Below the pieces are notes generated by a model. It was given only the letters and a program-made list of their open reading frames with translations. It was not told the DNA's origin and did no database searches. From Paraspadella gotoi (taxonomy: Eukaryota; Animalia; Chaetognatha), in assembly GCA_051294375.1 (NCBI GenBank), contig CM119266.1, positions 23,457,764 to 23,521,763 of the forward strand: a stretch of DNA of 64,000 nucleotides. Direction: 5' to 3'. This document shows positions 25,795 to 40,347 of this stretch, in pieces. Positions within the stretch are counted from its first letter, which is position 1. Each line of letters opens with the position of its first letter. Position numbers and translations under genes: made by a program.

Positions 25795-27481
25795 TTCTCA
25801 ATTCCTTTTAGCCCCTTTTCGTATCATCCACCCCCGTCGCGAGAACAGGAAAAAGGGGGAAATTTATGCGTTCTGCTCTCCCTCGTTTTGATCTGGGTCT
25901 TTCGGAGTTGACCTGGATACCCCGACTCGGAGCCAAAGAGCCGTCGACGAGCGTCTAGCGTGGATCCGAGGCTGACCTCACCTCCGTCCGGACGCCTTCG
26001 AACCTTCCGCGACTGTTTTGAGTCGCGCAAGAAAAGAGAAATCATTAATTTCAAATCAAATTCGGTGCCATCGGCGATCGAACGAAAGGGGCGAGGGGGG
26101 GGAGAGGCCTTTGTATGGGCCGACCCGTTCCCTTCCGAGGCCTTAGAATTAGAGAGCATCGATGAGTGGTTAAAAAATTGTTTTGAAGCTATATTTAAGT
26201 TCTAAATTGAATGTATTCCAGTAGTTTAACGTGTATATCATTAAGTACTTTAGTGATAAGCAAAAAAATAAAAAATAAAGTGGATGGAACATATTTTGTT
26301 CTTTTTATACTAGCTGTTAGTGGTAAATAATCTCTAAACTTTAGTTAGTCTAAATCGTAATAGAAAACAGTTCCAGTTTCTAAAGAAACTATTTTTTTTT
26401 GAAAAAAATAAAAATTACAGAAAACAAAAAAGATAGTGAAAAAATTTTAATATAAATCGGTTGATTTCTCACCTAGATTAATGAATAGAATTGAATACAG
26501 AAGGAATGTTGTTCAAATTTGTATTTGATTTTTTTAAAATTACCCAGTAATTATTATTATTAATAATAATTAATATTATTATTAATATAAACTCTCATTC
26601 CAAACTTTGACAAAAATAAAACAAGGTCCATGATGGTCAAGTAAAGTTAAAGCCTAAAAAACTTAATCAATCACATAACCAGTCAATACGCATAGCCTTT
26701 TGAAGTTAGCCAATCCTGCTATAACGACAATTTCAAGCTGCTATTTCCTGTTCGAACCAACTGTTCAAACTCACAAAGGCACTCGGTATCCAAGCTCCCT
26801 TTCCAGCTTTTTCCTTTGAATGAACCGAATGCTGTTGGGCTGACGACCACGACGACGATCAGAGCGACGACGCCGACGACGATGGGAACGACGACGAGTC
26901 GACCGCGACGTCGAAACACGACGACGAGCCTCAGAGTTGGTTGGGAAGATTCCCGCGTCTGCAGGCAAATCCTCTTCCCTCTTCCCCCTCTCGTTGGTGA
27001 AGCACGGTAGTTCTCCCTTCCCGCTCCCTCCTCACGGTCCTTTTGTGTGTGAGAATGCCGCTTTAACGTCATTTTACGCCGCTCCTTGGTTCCTAGTTCC
27101 AGAAAACCCCCGCCAAGAGTATTGTCGCAGAAAAAGTAAAACGAACAAAGGTTATATTCCAAGTTATTTCTTTTTAGGATATGGCTTTCGTAAGTCCGAT
27201 TTCTCTGTCTCAAGTTGTTTATAAATTTGTAATTTTTTTTATAAACGATTACTAGTTAATTTATATTTTGTACTAAACAATATCATACTTCCAATTGGTT
27301 GAGTATTAATTTTTTAGAACTGACAAGAAATTATATTCACCTTTCCGATTTAACGACGTAGTATGCAAGTTTGCTTGAAATTGTGATCTCTGACAGATTT
27401 ATTATCAAGGCGTAACGATTCTTTCATCTAATCTCTTCTTTTCATTTTTTTTTTTTNNNNNNNNNNNNNNNNNNNNNNNNN

Positions 27482-29056
27482 ACGATTATACTTTTAATGG
27501 CCTGATTTTTAGTTCTGAATTGACTGAATGTACATTTTTAAAGAATAAAATATGACGTAACAATAAATACGAAGGTCTCCCTAACAAATTTTTGTTCAAT
27601 CAGATTTTGGACCTTCTCTAAAATAAATTTCGTCTAGTATCTGATATGAAGAGAATTATCGAAAGCATCTGTAATTTAAAAAAATTAAAATGGTAGATCT
27701 TATTAGGGTGAATAGTTTTGTGAAATTCCTTGAAATTAAATGCACCTGTCGAGAAAAAATACAGAGGAAAGTTTTGACTTTTTTGGAACAATTTTTCTTT
27801 TTGATCTCCCATCGTCTATCTTCTCCTCTGCATACGAGTTTTCCAGATGACATTTAGAGGTTATAATTTATCGAAAAGTTCAAACAATCCAGTTTTCATC
27901 CTCGTCTCGATTCTGACTAAGAGGGAAAAAAAGAAATACTCGGATTCAATTTTACTTTTTTTTTCTTCTTTTGAATATTTTTAGCCTTTAATTTAAGCGC
28001 GCAATCTTTGATTGATTGATTTTCTAAGATTATAACTCGATTACTCCATACGCAATACGTAATAACTTAAAGCTGTCATTCTAATTTTTCCTCTCTCTCT
28101 AAAGTTTAATTATGCATTTTACATATACATAAATTTCTAATTAGCATTATTTCATTCATATTCTGCTTTATTTACTCTTTCGATAAGAGTTTCGCTTAAT
28201 TTAGTTCCCATTTTTTATCGAAAGTACAAAATTTTGATATTATTACAAACGCCTTTATAATCGTTAAGTGTCTCAATGCAGGATAATTATTTTTGCTTGC
28301 ATCAATATTTCAAATTTGATCACTACCCAATGAAATACAACTTTTATAGGCATATAGATATCTAATAAATTGTCGAAAGCAAAAATAAATAAAGCGTAAA
28401 ATTTAATAAAATAAAGTTATACAAAAAAATTATAAAAACAAAATCTTAAACAAATTAATATAATAATAGTATAAGATAATAAAAATTATTCGAAAGGGGG
28501 TATAGTTTTGAAGCAATTTGGCGAGCTGATTTCCAACCTTGCCACCAACCCCGTAAAACCAACTTGTGCTGGTGAGTGGCAAGGGGGCCTTACCACAAGC
28601 TCGGATTTACAGGGTTAGCGGATCTGGTGGATTCTTCATTTTGAAAGNNNNNNNNNNAGAGAGTCAGTATTGGTCTTTCTCCATTCCGCGTTTCGCGTGA
28701 GAATGCGGTTTCGTCTCTTAAAGATAAAAGGAAAAAAAGAAAAAGATTAATGAAGTTTTGATTTTCAAAACAAAAATACGAATTCGACCGAAAAACGAAA
28801 AAAGAGAAAACATCGAGATGGAGTCCCTTTAAAGTCGAATGATGAAAGTCAAAACTTGATAACAAAATCATCGGTTCTCTGTTGTTGTTATTGTTTTTGT
28901 TATTATTACGAATTGTTTGAAAGAGGAAGAGAGAATCGTAAGTCGAACTACAAGAGAAGATTTTCCTCGGATTTAAAAATAAAAGACAACAAATATGGAG
29001 GAAAAGGAAAATGACTTCTGCTCGGGAGAACGAGCTCAAAGAATATCGCATGACCG

Positions 29057-29104
<48 letters not shown>

Positions 29105-30164
29105 CTTTTTTCGATAAGGGACAAGAGTAACTACCAAGGAGCCAAGATAGGAACATACTCAGCACGAAACGGACAGAGAAGCAGCTTACCCAATGTCTAG
29201 AGATTGTTCCCAGGATTTCTCTTTAAAAATCTTGGCTTTTTTTATGTTTTTCTCTTTAATTTCGTTGGAATCGAGATTTTTGTTCCGTTTTCTCTCATTT
29301 AAACGTGGAATCAGTCAACGACGGTGCTGGTTCCTTCGCCTCTTCCCAGCTGTTGATTTCTGCTCGATTGTTTTGATTTTTTATTTCGTCGTCGTCGTCG
29401 TCGTCTTCGTCGTCGTCGTCGTCGTCGTCGTCCTAATGATCGTCGGCGGTTCGAGGAGAGAAGAAACGAAGGAGAAGACGTGAATCGATGCCGAGAGAAA
29501 GAGAGAGAGCGAGAGAGAGGGACGGAGAGAGACAGAGGAGAGAACACGGTATGTGCCGGCTTGTGTGCGAATTAGAGTGTGCGCTGGCGTGTCCCGCGTG
29601 CAGTGGCCAAAAGGTGCATGCGGTAGAAAGATAGGGAGGGAGAGAGAGAGAGAGAGAGACGGAAAGCGAGAGAGATTAAGGAAGTAATTTTGTGTTTTTT
29701 TTGTTTTTTTTCAGATAAAAACCAATTAGTTACTTGTATTTAAAAAAATATTTAAACTGAAAATAAAGATGAAGTGAAAAAAGGAAATATAAATAAAACG
29801 TCTTTTACAAAGTTGTAGCGTTTGTTTTTCTTTTTAAAAATCAATGTTACCTTTGTATTAATATAATTAGTTAAAAATGATGTCTCTTTTTTCTTCTCTA
29901 TCTCTCTCCACAGGTTAAGGTTTCTGATCAAAGTATTCAGAAATCGGGACTTAAATATATCGCACACGAAAAAAACGAATCAGCTTTAAAAAAAATAAAT
30001 TAAAAAAAAACAAACAAAAAAAAAAACCGAGACAAAATTTTTAAGATTTCGTTTGAAGAAAAGAAAAAAGGTCCGACGTTCCCAGCACAAAATCCGAAAG
30101 AGCTTCGCCGGGGTTCTGCCTTTGCTGGGGGTAGAGATTCAGAGAGAGAGAGAGAGAGAGAGAG

Positions 30165-30210
<46 letters not shown>

Positions 30211-30734
30211 ATACTACTTAGGAAAACAAAATAAACGGACATGAAGTATGATCGTTTAATAATTTTTGTTTCTTGAGAAAAAAAATAATAGTTTTGTGAG
30301 AAAAAAAAAATTTTGTGAGAAAAAAAATATTATTTTTGTGAGATGGTCGATTGTGAGTTTCATGAGTTCGTGAGTTTGTGAATTTTGGAGACTTGTCCGG
30401 TAAAAAGAATTTGAGGAAATGATTCTCAAATGGAACTGAGGGTCGGAAGAGAACGACGATGACGACGACAACGATGACGACGTCGACGACGACTAGAAAA
30501 AAAACTGTAAACTTTTTATGGCCCGAGTCGTAAATTGTGAGTTTGATTAAACCCACGACGTCGAACCCAACGATAACAAAACTTTGACGACGACGATGAC
30601 GACGACGACGGTAAGGTCGACGACGATGACGCCGAAGACGACAAGAATATGGCCTTTCCGGTGGGGCGTATTTGTAACGGAAGGGGGGGCGAGCAGGGAA
30701 AAATGTAAACGACTGAATGTAACAAAGATCAAAT

Positions 30735-30788
<54 letters not shown>

Positions 30789-30808
30789 AGAGGAGGAGAG
30801 AGAGAGAG

Positions 30809-30857
<49 letters not shown>

Positions 30858-31151
30858 AGAGAAGAGAGGACTGGGAGGAAAAAATCCAGGATTGGTACGT
30901 AAAAAATTTCGTGAAAAAAAGAAACACAGTAACAAATCACACTCATAAACAAAAGCGGTGGGTGGTCATCAGTTATACATTTGCTTATATTCGCTCCAAG
31001 TCGAAGGATATTTTTCGAAGCAGATTTACTGGAGTAAATATGACGCGCAATATTTTTTTTATCAATATTGTTTTTTTACTCAGAGTGGAACACAAAGTTT
31101 TATTATTATTGAGAGATAGAGAGAGTGAGAGGAGAAGAGAGAGGAGAGAGA

Positions 31152-31218
<67 letters not shown>

Positions 31219-34158
31219 ATTAATGTGTGATTCGAGCGAAGTTTAAAACTTTTTCTCCGCCGTGATCCAACTACGTAAACAAAGACTGTAAAACGAGGAA
31301 AACGAAAACGAGGCGGGCGAAAATGAAGCGATAAGCGAAGTGAAGGTTTTGAAGGATTTTTATTTTTGAGGATTTGGAGAGCGATCGTAAAAAAACGGAG
31401 ATCGTTCGAGAGGCGCAGGTGTTGGGAGAAGCCTTTTGTTGGCGGGTGTGAGTTAAATCGTCGAAAGAGGGGGTAATGTTTTTATTACGATATTTTATAG
31501 AATAATGAGATCAATAATGAATTTTAAATAAAATATTTATTAAATTAATGGATAATTTTTATATTTGTAGTACCAATTTCATAAATGCAATCATAATAGG
31601 CTATTATTTTTTTCACGCTTTCACAATTTCTCTGGAGAATTCGATAAACTTCCCATCACATAGCTAATTTAAACATAAAAATAGGCTCAAGAATCGCAAA
31701 CAAATGTAAAGATGATTTCAGTGATTATTTTTTTTCAGATGTAGAATTATATTTGAGACGGTACTTTATATGACCATGGTTGCAATACGGTAATGAAAAT
31801 GTTTACACACATCAATGGTTAGGAATATTAAAACGTAGATACGTGACGATTTTTTGACGACGAAATTGAATTCGGTGAAATTAATGCGATGCCAAACAAG
31901 TCGCGTCCTCTCGAGGACCAAACACTGACTTTTGTGAGAAGAAAAGTTTACCTTTTGTTTTCTTAAACGATCTCGGGACAAAATGTACAATTATCGCTAT
32001 AAGTTTATAAATATTACATAAAATCGTTTAGGACCATGCGAAATAAATTTTGGCGAATGTTAATTTGAAAAGTGAAGATAGCCCTGTATAATTTTTGTAC
32101 AATATAAACAACCAAGGGAAAAAAATATAAAAAGCGACTTTTTCGATCAAGTTATTTGAAAAAATAAATGCATGCGACTTTCTTCAATCAATTAAATAGT
32201 AGTTAGGCAGTTTTTACAAAAAAACTAATGCATATTTTGCTTACGAAGACGCATGTTAAGTCAATCCTAAGCTCATAGGATATCAATTAAAGATTTATTT
32301 AAGTCTTCATTTTCTCAAAAGTTCAATGTCAACTTTTAAATTTTTATCACCCTATGAACTTACGGCACTTCACTGCATGCCTCTCTTGTATCACCTTGTA
32401 AAGCGCCAAGCAATAAACTGTTTGTTGTTTTGTTCGCAGTTAACAACACTAGAACTGACAGAAGAGGCTGAACGTAGTTCTTATTTTGTTTAATAACAAT
32501 TTTGTCACGTTAATATAACCCGTTATTGTGTTCACATGATGAAATAAAAAAATATAATAGCTTATTCACGGTCAAAAAAAACCCATTATTCAGATAATAC
32601 TTAGATTATTGTAATAAGCAAACATCCATACAATTAGTTTTATGATTTCTACTTAAGAACGAATTGAAGGAATAAAACTTTTTATCCAAAAAATTGAATT
32701 CATAATGTGAACGAACTTCTGCCGGCGATTGCGGACACTAAAAATCGGACAAAAGATCATCTCGGGTTTTGACTACGAAGGGAAAGAAAAGGGGTGACAC
32801 AAAAGGGACACAATGTGACTCTTATTACGACGTGAAAGGGGAAAGTGGGTAAGAGGGTAAGAGAAGAAAAAAAAATTCATAAACCACAAAACGGACAAAA
32901 TGTGGACAACAACCTCTCATAAAACGGGGTTCGGTGTTTACTTTGTTTTTGACAGTTTTTAATTACCCTGGCGGCGACAAAAAACAAAAAATAGTTTTCA
33001 TTTTGTAGTTGGTTGTTTATTTTTTTTTAAGGTGGACTGGATGCTCTGGTAAAAAAAAAGAGCAGCGTTTTCGGTAAACGGTAGGCACGCTTTTGACGAG
33101 AAAAGACTCGTCCAATTTTCAACTTATCAAACTGTTACGCAGTAAAGACCCTGGTAGTGCCATTGGCTCGTGTCGGTTGCTTTATCATTAACAATAAAAA
33201 TATAAACTGGAAAAAATAATTAATGGTAATAGTAATGACGGCGTTTTATAATTAGGTTATACGCGAGTTTGTTTTGTTTTTTTTTCGACTTGTTTGACAC
33301 CAGAAGTAAAAGTGAAGACTCCGGATAAAAAAAAAGGTTTAGAGGCGGAATTTCTAGACGATTATTATTAATTATTAGTTAATATATCCGTTATTCACCT
33401 CACGTTTAATTGTTCGTTTTTGTTAAAATTAAATCCGCCTCTAAGCGAGACAATGCATTATACCATCTCGCGGACATTCGTAAAAATGAAGCCAAATTTT
33501 CCACATACCCTGTTGGCGACACGTTAGTACACAATGATCGAATGAAAATCAACGGAATAGTATAATAATGGTAGTAATTATCGTTAAATTCGAAGCTGAT
33601 TTTATAAAATTTTCTTTTGCAAACGATTCTACTCTCATTTTTTTAAATTAAATACTACGAGTCTATGGAAAACAAAAGTATAACACAGATTGTCAATAAT
33701 CGTAACAAATTCGACTACATTATGCTTAAAATAAAAGTGTCATCAGTTTTCAATACTATTGAAAAACCAAAAAATAATACATGATTTAAAAGCAAATGTT
33801 AAACAATTTAGCGAAGCAAAACAAAAAAAAATTAGAGAAAAATGAATCAAGTATGAGTATGAGAAGGATACGTTTTTAAAAAAAATGTATTTAATTACAT
33901 TCGGCGCGTTTGCTCAAGTCTTTGACCAGACTTGTTATTTTCATTTGGTTTTCATCACTAAAACATCACTAATGCGTTCGGAGAAAACACGAATTAAAAT
34001 TAAAATTAAAACAAAATATTTTTTTTTTATAATCCGAGACTTAGATGAGATCGAGATCGAGGGAAATCCGGACGCGAGATTCGAGAATTCGCGTCGATCG
34101 AAGCCCAAACTTGAAATCAGAGGCAAACCTCGTTTTATTTTTCCCCATGTGTTTTTTT
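27482..34158 (-). repeat. About 6.7-kb inverted copy of 17745-24665, bounded by 25-N gaps at both ends
   Basis: Start acgattatacttttaatg is the reverse complement of cattaaaagtataatcgt (near 24665); end ttccccatgtgttttttt is the reverse complement of aaaaaaacacatggggaa (near 17745); the interior is colinear. Confidence 0.92.
28542..28621 (-). ncRNA. mir-10: Inverted duplicate copy of the miR-10-family hairpin (probably redundant assembly)
   Basis: 28595-28616 is the exact reverse complement of the 22-nt 5p arm; it lies in block 27482-34158, an inverted copy of 17745-24665. Confidence 0.6.
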
Positions 34159-34183
34159 NNNNNNNNNNNNNNNNNNNNNNNNN

Positions 34184-34853
34184 CGAATATATATTTTTCC
34201 ATACATGACGATCATTTATGATATTCTCGGTCGAAGCTCTTTTTTCATCTGATTGGATCATTTTATACGCTGGCTCCACAGCAGGGTATTCAACTCGTTG
34301 CTCGATTTATCGAGGAATCAATTCTTGGTGTTTCCATGGCGACGAAAAACCATCATATACGTTGTCATTGCCGTCGAGAGAACGATAACCCGCATATCGA
34401 GTGACTTCTTTACAATTAAGTATAATATGAATTATTTAAAAATATTTTAATTAAAATATATATTTTTTTTTAAATAATTACTAAGTTTTACCCCAAAAAC
34501 TTTATACTCTGAAATACTAAGAATAAATAAAACTTGTTTCATCTCGGTCAAGACAGAAAGATAGAAAGTGAGTGAATGATAAAGTTTTTTTTCTTTTCTT
34601 CTCTCTCTCTCTCTCTCTCTGGTCGAGAGATTCGGACTCGTCGGCGAAGATCCAAAGGATCACCAGCCGCGATTCACGTGAAAGAGACAAATTGTCGAGC
34701 TCACAAATCGTCGACTCGCGAAATCGACTTTTCGGTCGGCGACTGGATTCGATCCCCCGACCCCTCGGGTCTGACCCCGAAACGTCGGACCCCGTCCGAT
34801 CGACGACCACGACGACGACGATAATATCTCTCTCTCTCTCTTCCTTCTCTCTT

Positions 34854-34895
<42 letters not shown>

Positions 34896-37800
34896 CTATC
34901 TCTCTCTCTCTCTTCAACACATCTCCATCGAGGCCCCGAACGAGCATTCATCCCGACAGAGACGGGGCCCGAATTGTAGCTCCGTCGGTCGTTTTGTAGT
35001 CTGTATTCTCGTCGGCCGAGATCGAGCACGAAGGTTCGAGTTTCGAGGCAAAAGTCGAAGAGTTGACTTCAAAGGGAAAAGTCAGACTTGGCCGACGGGA
35101 CTGAGTTGCGGACTAAAAAACCGGTCGAGGAGTCTCTCCACTTCGAATTCTCCAGCGTCTCGCTATTCCGAAAGTTCCGCCACTTCGAAATATTTGATAC
35201 GTTTTGGTTTTAGTTCAAATATTGTCGTATTCTATTTCCTTGGTCTGAATATAAAACAAAGTATTTTTTAAAAAATGAATTGCATTACTTCATATTTTTG
35301 TAATGAAATTAATTTTTAGATAATTTCTTAGTAGTTATAAATTTACTTTTTTTAAACATTATTTCAGTTCATTACATAAGTTATTATGTTGCAAATCTCG
35401 AACAAAACACTTACAACGTGTTATAATATAAGATTGTTCCCAAAGGTAAACTTTCGGAAAAGTTGAAAAACCGGATGTTGATGACGACGATGACGATGAC
35501 GACGACGACCAAGTCGTCTAGACTGACTCTCATCAGAAATTCTAACCACCGCCGATCCGAGAGACAGACAGACCGACGTACGACCGACCGACTGACGATG
35601 ACCGCCGGTTAAGAACCGTCGACCGATGTTTATTCGTCGTCTTTATGATTCATTCCCGCCCCGACGGGACGTCGAAGACGTGATGATTGTGATGATGATG
35701 ATGATGATGATTTGAGATAGATTGATGGATGATGATGATGATGAGATGAGATGTGATAATGATGACGTAAAGACTATAATGTTTAGAATGAACTGATGAT
35801 GAGGATGATGATGTTGATGAAGGATGATAAATATTAACTGAATTTTCAATGAAAAATATATTTCGTCTGGAAGCATAGTTAAACCAATAATTAATAAATT
35901 AACGTTAAAAAAATTGAAATTATCGGAAAACTATTATTAAAACAAGTTTCGCTCGACATGCGGATATTACCTAAAGTCCTCGATGCTCTTTTATTGTCAT
36001 TTTGATTTTCGATTCATCGATTTTTTTTCTGTTTTATTTTTTCTTTTTTCAATTCGAATTTCGAAAAACTTCGAAGAAACATCAAATATAGAGAGAAATC
36101 TTGTTCTTCAATTCAAAATTCACGAACTCGAAATACAAAAAAAATAATTTAATTGTGAAAAGAAAACGAGTTCAAAAAGTTGATTCCTTTCTTCTTGTAC
36201 AAATTCGTAGTCGTCCTCCCGCCGCTGCCCCACTTGTTTCCCCATTCCTGTTTCTCCAAGCCACCCCCCCCATGATTTCAACCCCCACCCCATCCCCCAA
36301 TTTCCCGCCATCTACAATTTTCCTTTCTTATATGGTGCCAAATTTAATCCTCCCCCTTCTCTCTCGCTCACGTTCAACACCACCGCGTATTCCTCTTCTT
36401 TCGAATTCGTTTGTTCCTCCACCCCCTTTCCTTTCCCCGACCCCCCCCCCTCCGTAAAAAACAGTTCAAATCCGAGACGAGGATCGAGAGAGATTTTTCC
36501 CTCGAAATCCCCAACCGAAACGAGGATCGAGTTTTCTTTTTTTCTTCTTCTTCTTCTTTCCGATCGAAAGCGAAGAATCGAGTCTTTCCAACGAAACCAG
36601 TAGCGCGCCAGAGCGAGAAGGAGGGGGGCGTGGCTTGGAGAAACAGGAATGGGGAACAAGTGGGCAGCGGCGGGAGACGACTACGAATTTGTACAAGAAG
36701 AAAGGAATCACTTTTGAACTCGTTTTCTTTTCAAATTAAATTATTTTTTTTTGTATTTCGAGTTCGTGAATTTGAATTGAAGAACAAGATTTCTCTCTAT
36801 ATTTGATGTTTCTTCGAAGTTTTTCGAAATTCGAATTGAAAAAAGAAAATAAAACAGAAAAAAAAATCGATGGAATCGAAAATCAGAAATGACAATAAAA
36901 GAGCATCGAGGACTTTAGGTAATATCCGCATGTCGAGCGAAACTTGTTTTAATAATAGTTTCCGATAATTTCAATTTTTTTAACGTTAATTTATTAATTA
37001 TTGTTTAACTATGGCTTCCCAGACGAAATATATTTTTCATTGAAAATTCAGTTAATATTTATCATCCTCATCAACATCATCATCCTCATCATCAGTTCAT
37101 TCTAAACATTATAGTCTTTACCGTCATCATTATCATCATCTTCTTCATCATCATCATCATCATCATCGTCTTCGACGTCCCGTCGGGGCGGGAATGAATC
37201 ATACAGACGACGAATAAACATCGGTCGACGGTTCTTAACCGGCGGTCATCGTCAGTCGGTCGGTCGTACGTCGGTCTGTCTGTCTCTCGGTCATCGGCGG
37301 TGGTTAGAATTTCTGATGAGAGTCAGTCTAGACGACTTGGTCGTCGTCGTCATCGTCATCGTCGTCATCAACATCCGGTTTTTCACTTTTCCGAAAGTTT
37401 ACCTTTGGGAACAATCTTATATTAACACGTTGTAAGTGTTTTGTTCGAGATTTGCAACATATAACTTATGTAATGAACTGAAATAATGTTTAAAAAAAAG
37501 TAAATTTATAACTACTAAGAAATTATCTAAAAATTAATTTCATTACAAAATATGAAGTAATGCAATTCATTTTTTTAAAAAAATTACTTTGTTTTATATT
37601 CAGACCAAAGGAAATAGAATACGACAATATTTGAACTAAAACCAAAACGTATCAATATTTCGAAGTGGCGGAACTTTCGGAATAGCGAGACGCTCGGAGA
37701 ATTCGAAGTGGAGAGACTCCTCGACCGGTTTTTAGTCCGCAACTCAGTCCCGTCGGCCAAGTCTGACTTTTCCCTTTGAAGTCAACTCTTCGACTTTTGC

Positions 37801-37950
37801 CTCGAAACTCGAACCTTCGTCGCTCGATCTCGGCCGACGAGAATACAGACTACAAAACGACCGACGGAGCTACAATTCGGGCCCCGTCTTCTGTCGGGAT
37901 GAATGCTCGTTCGGGCGACGACGATAATATCTCTATCTCTCTCTTCTCTC

Positions 37951-38027
<77 letters not shown>

Positions 38028-39174
38028 AACACATCTCCATCGAGGCCCCGAACGAGCATTCATCCCGACAGAAGACGGGGCCCGAATTTGTAGCTCCGTC
38101 GGTCGTTTTGTAGTCTGTATTCTCGTCGGCCGAGATCGAGCGACGAAGGGTTCGAGTTTTCGAGGCAAAAGTCGAAGAGTTGACTTCAAAGGGAAAAGTC
38201 AGACTTGGCCGACGGGACTGAGTTGCGGACTAAAAACCGGTCGAGGAGTCTCTCCACTTCGAATTCTCCGAGCGTCTCGCTATTCCGAAAGTTCCGCCAC
38301 TTCGAAATATTTGATACGATTTGGTTTTAGTTCAAATATTGTCGTATTCTATTTCCTTGGTCTGAATATAAAACAAAGTAATTTTTTTAAAAAAATGAAT
38401 TGCATTACTTCATATTTTGTAATGAAATTAATTTTTAGATAATTTCTTAGTAGTTATAAATTTACTTTTTTTTAAACATTATTTCAGTTCATTACATAAG
38501 TTATATGTTGCAAATCTCGAACAAAACACTTACAACGTGTTAATATAAGATTGTTCCCAAAGGTAAACTTTCGGAAAAGTGAAAAACCGGATGTTGATGA
38601 CGACGATGACGATGACGACGACGACCAAGTCGTCTAGACTGACTCTCATCAGAAATTCTAACCACCGCCGATGACCGAGAGACAGAACAGACCGACGTAC
38701 GACCGACCGACTGACGATGACCGCCGGTTAAGAACCGTCGACCGATGTTTATTCGTCGTCTGTATGATTCATTCCCCCCCGACGGGACGTCGAAGACGAT
38801 GATGATGATGATGATTGGATGAAGAAGATGATGATAATGATGACGGTAAAGACTATAATGTTTAGAATGAACTGATGATGAGGATTGATGATTGATAGAT
38901 AGATAAATATTAACTGAATTTTCAATGGAAAATATATTTCGTCTGGAAGGCCTAGTTAAACAATAATTAATAAATTAACGTTAAAAAATTGAAATTATCG
39001 GAAAACTATTATTAAAAATCAAGTTTCGCTCGACATGCGGATATTACCTAAAGTCCTCGATGCTCTTTTATTGTCATTTTCTGATTTTCGATTCCATCGA
39101 TTTTTTTTTTTTCGTTTATTTTTCTTTTTTCAATTCGAATTTCGAAAAACTTCGAAGAAACAAATCTCTCTCTT
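34184..39174. repeat. Zig-zag (+/-/+) triplication of a 1.2-1.3 kb segment
   Basis: 34184-34815 = rc of 39200-39838; 36622-37915 = rc of about 34935-36270; 37915-39160 = direct copy of about 34810-36080. Confidence 0.9.
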
Positions 39175-40347
39175 NNNNNNNNNNNNNNNNNNNNNNNNNT
39201 CGTGGTCGTCGATCGGACGGGGTCCGACGTTTCGGGGTCAGACCCGAGGGTCGGGGGATCGAATCCAGTCGCCGACCGAAAAGTCGATTTCGCGAGTCGA
39301 CGATTTGTGAGTCGACCATTTGTCTCTTTCACGTGAATCGCGGCTCGGTGATCCTTTGGATCTTCGCCGACGAGTCGAATCTCTCGACCAGAGAGAGAGA
39401 GAGAGAGAGAGAAAAGAAAAAAACTTTATCATTCACTCACTTTCTATCTTTCTGTCTTGACCGAGATGAAACAAGTTTTATTTATTCTTAGTATTTCAGA
39501 AATATTAAAGTATAAAGTTTTTGGGGTAAAACTTAGTAATTATTTAAAAAAAATTATATTTTAATTAAAATATTTTTAAATAATTCAATATTATACTTAA
39601 TTGTAAAGAAGTCACTCGACTATGCGGGATATCGTTCTCTCGACGGCAATGTCAACGTATATGATGGTTTTTTCGTCGCCATGGAAACACCAAGAATTGA
39701 TTCCTCGATAAATCTGAGCAACGAGTTGAATACCCTGCTGTGGAGCCAGCGTTATAAAATGATCACAATCAGATGAAAAAAGAGCTTCGACCGAGAATAT
39801 CATAAATGATCGTCATGTATGGAAAAATATATATTCGTTAATAATAAGTATTTTTTTTAATAATAGTTTGAATTTGGCCGAAAAAAATCACTACGGCATA
39901 AAAAAATAATCGATTTCCGCGCGGCGTCAAAGCTGCGGGAATTTTCGAAGAATAAAATACCACGTTGTCAAGGGGCGCAGAAAGATAAACAAAGAAACAA
40001 AACAAAGCAAAACAGGTGAACAGAAAAGGAGCGTAAAATGCGTTTACGTCGCCATGGCGACATCGAAGCGATGGAGAGAGCGAGAGATGAAGAGAAGGAG
40101 AAAGCCTTGATTTATCGAGACTGCATTCTTTTATGTCCGGTAAGGAGTAACCGGGTTGAGAACTGAGAATGTTTTTTTTCGTTGGTTTGATTCTTTCGTT
40201 GATTGTTGTGATTTAAAAATTATTTTTATTGTCATTTCTCGCCGATAAATTTCCTCTGAAGTTGTTTTCGTTGTTGTTCTTTTTTTTTCCTATTATTTTT
40301 GTTTTCGTTTCGATTTTGTTTTTTTAGAATACCTGTTCCTCATTTCT

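Noticed and set aside
17745-34158. Large inverted repeats as terminal inverted repeats of a foldback or DNA transposon
   Set aside because: The arms are single-copy-like Hox-flanking DNA ending at 25-N gaps; there is no transposase or target-site duplication, and differences look like read errors.
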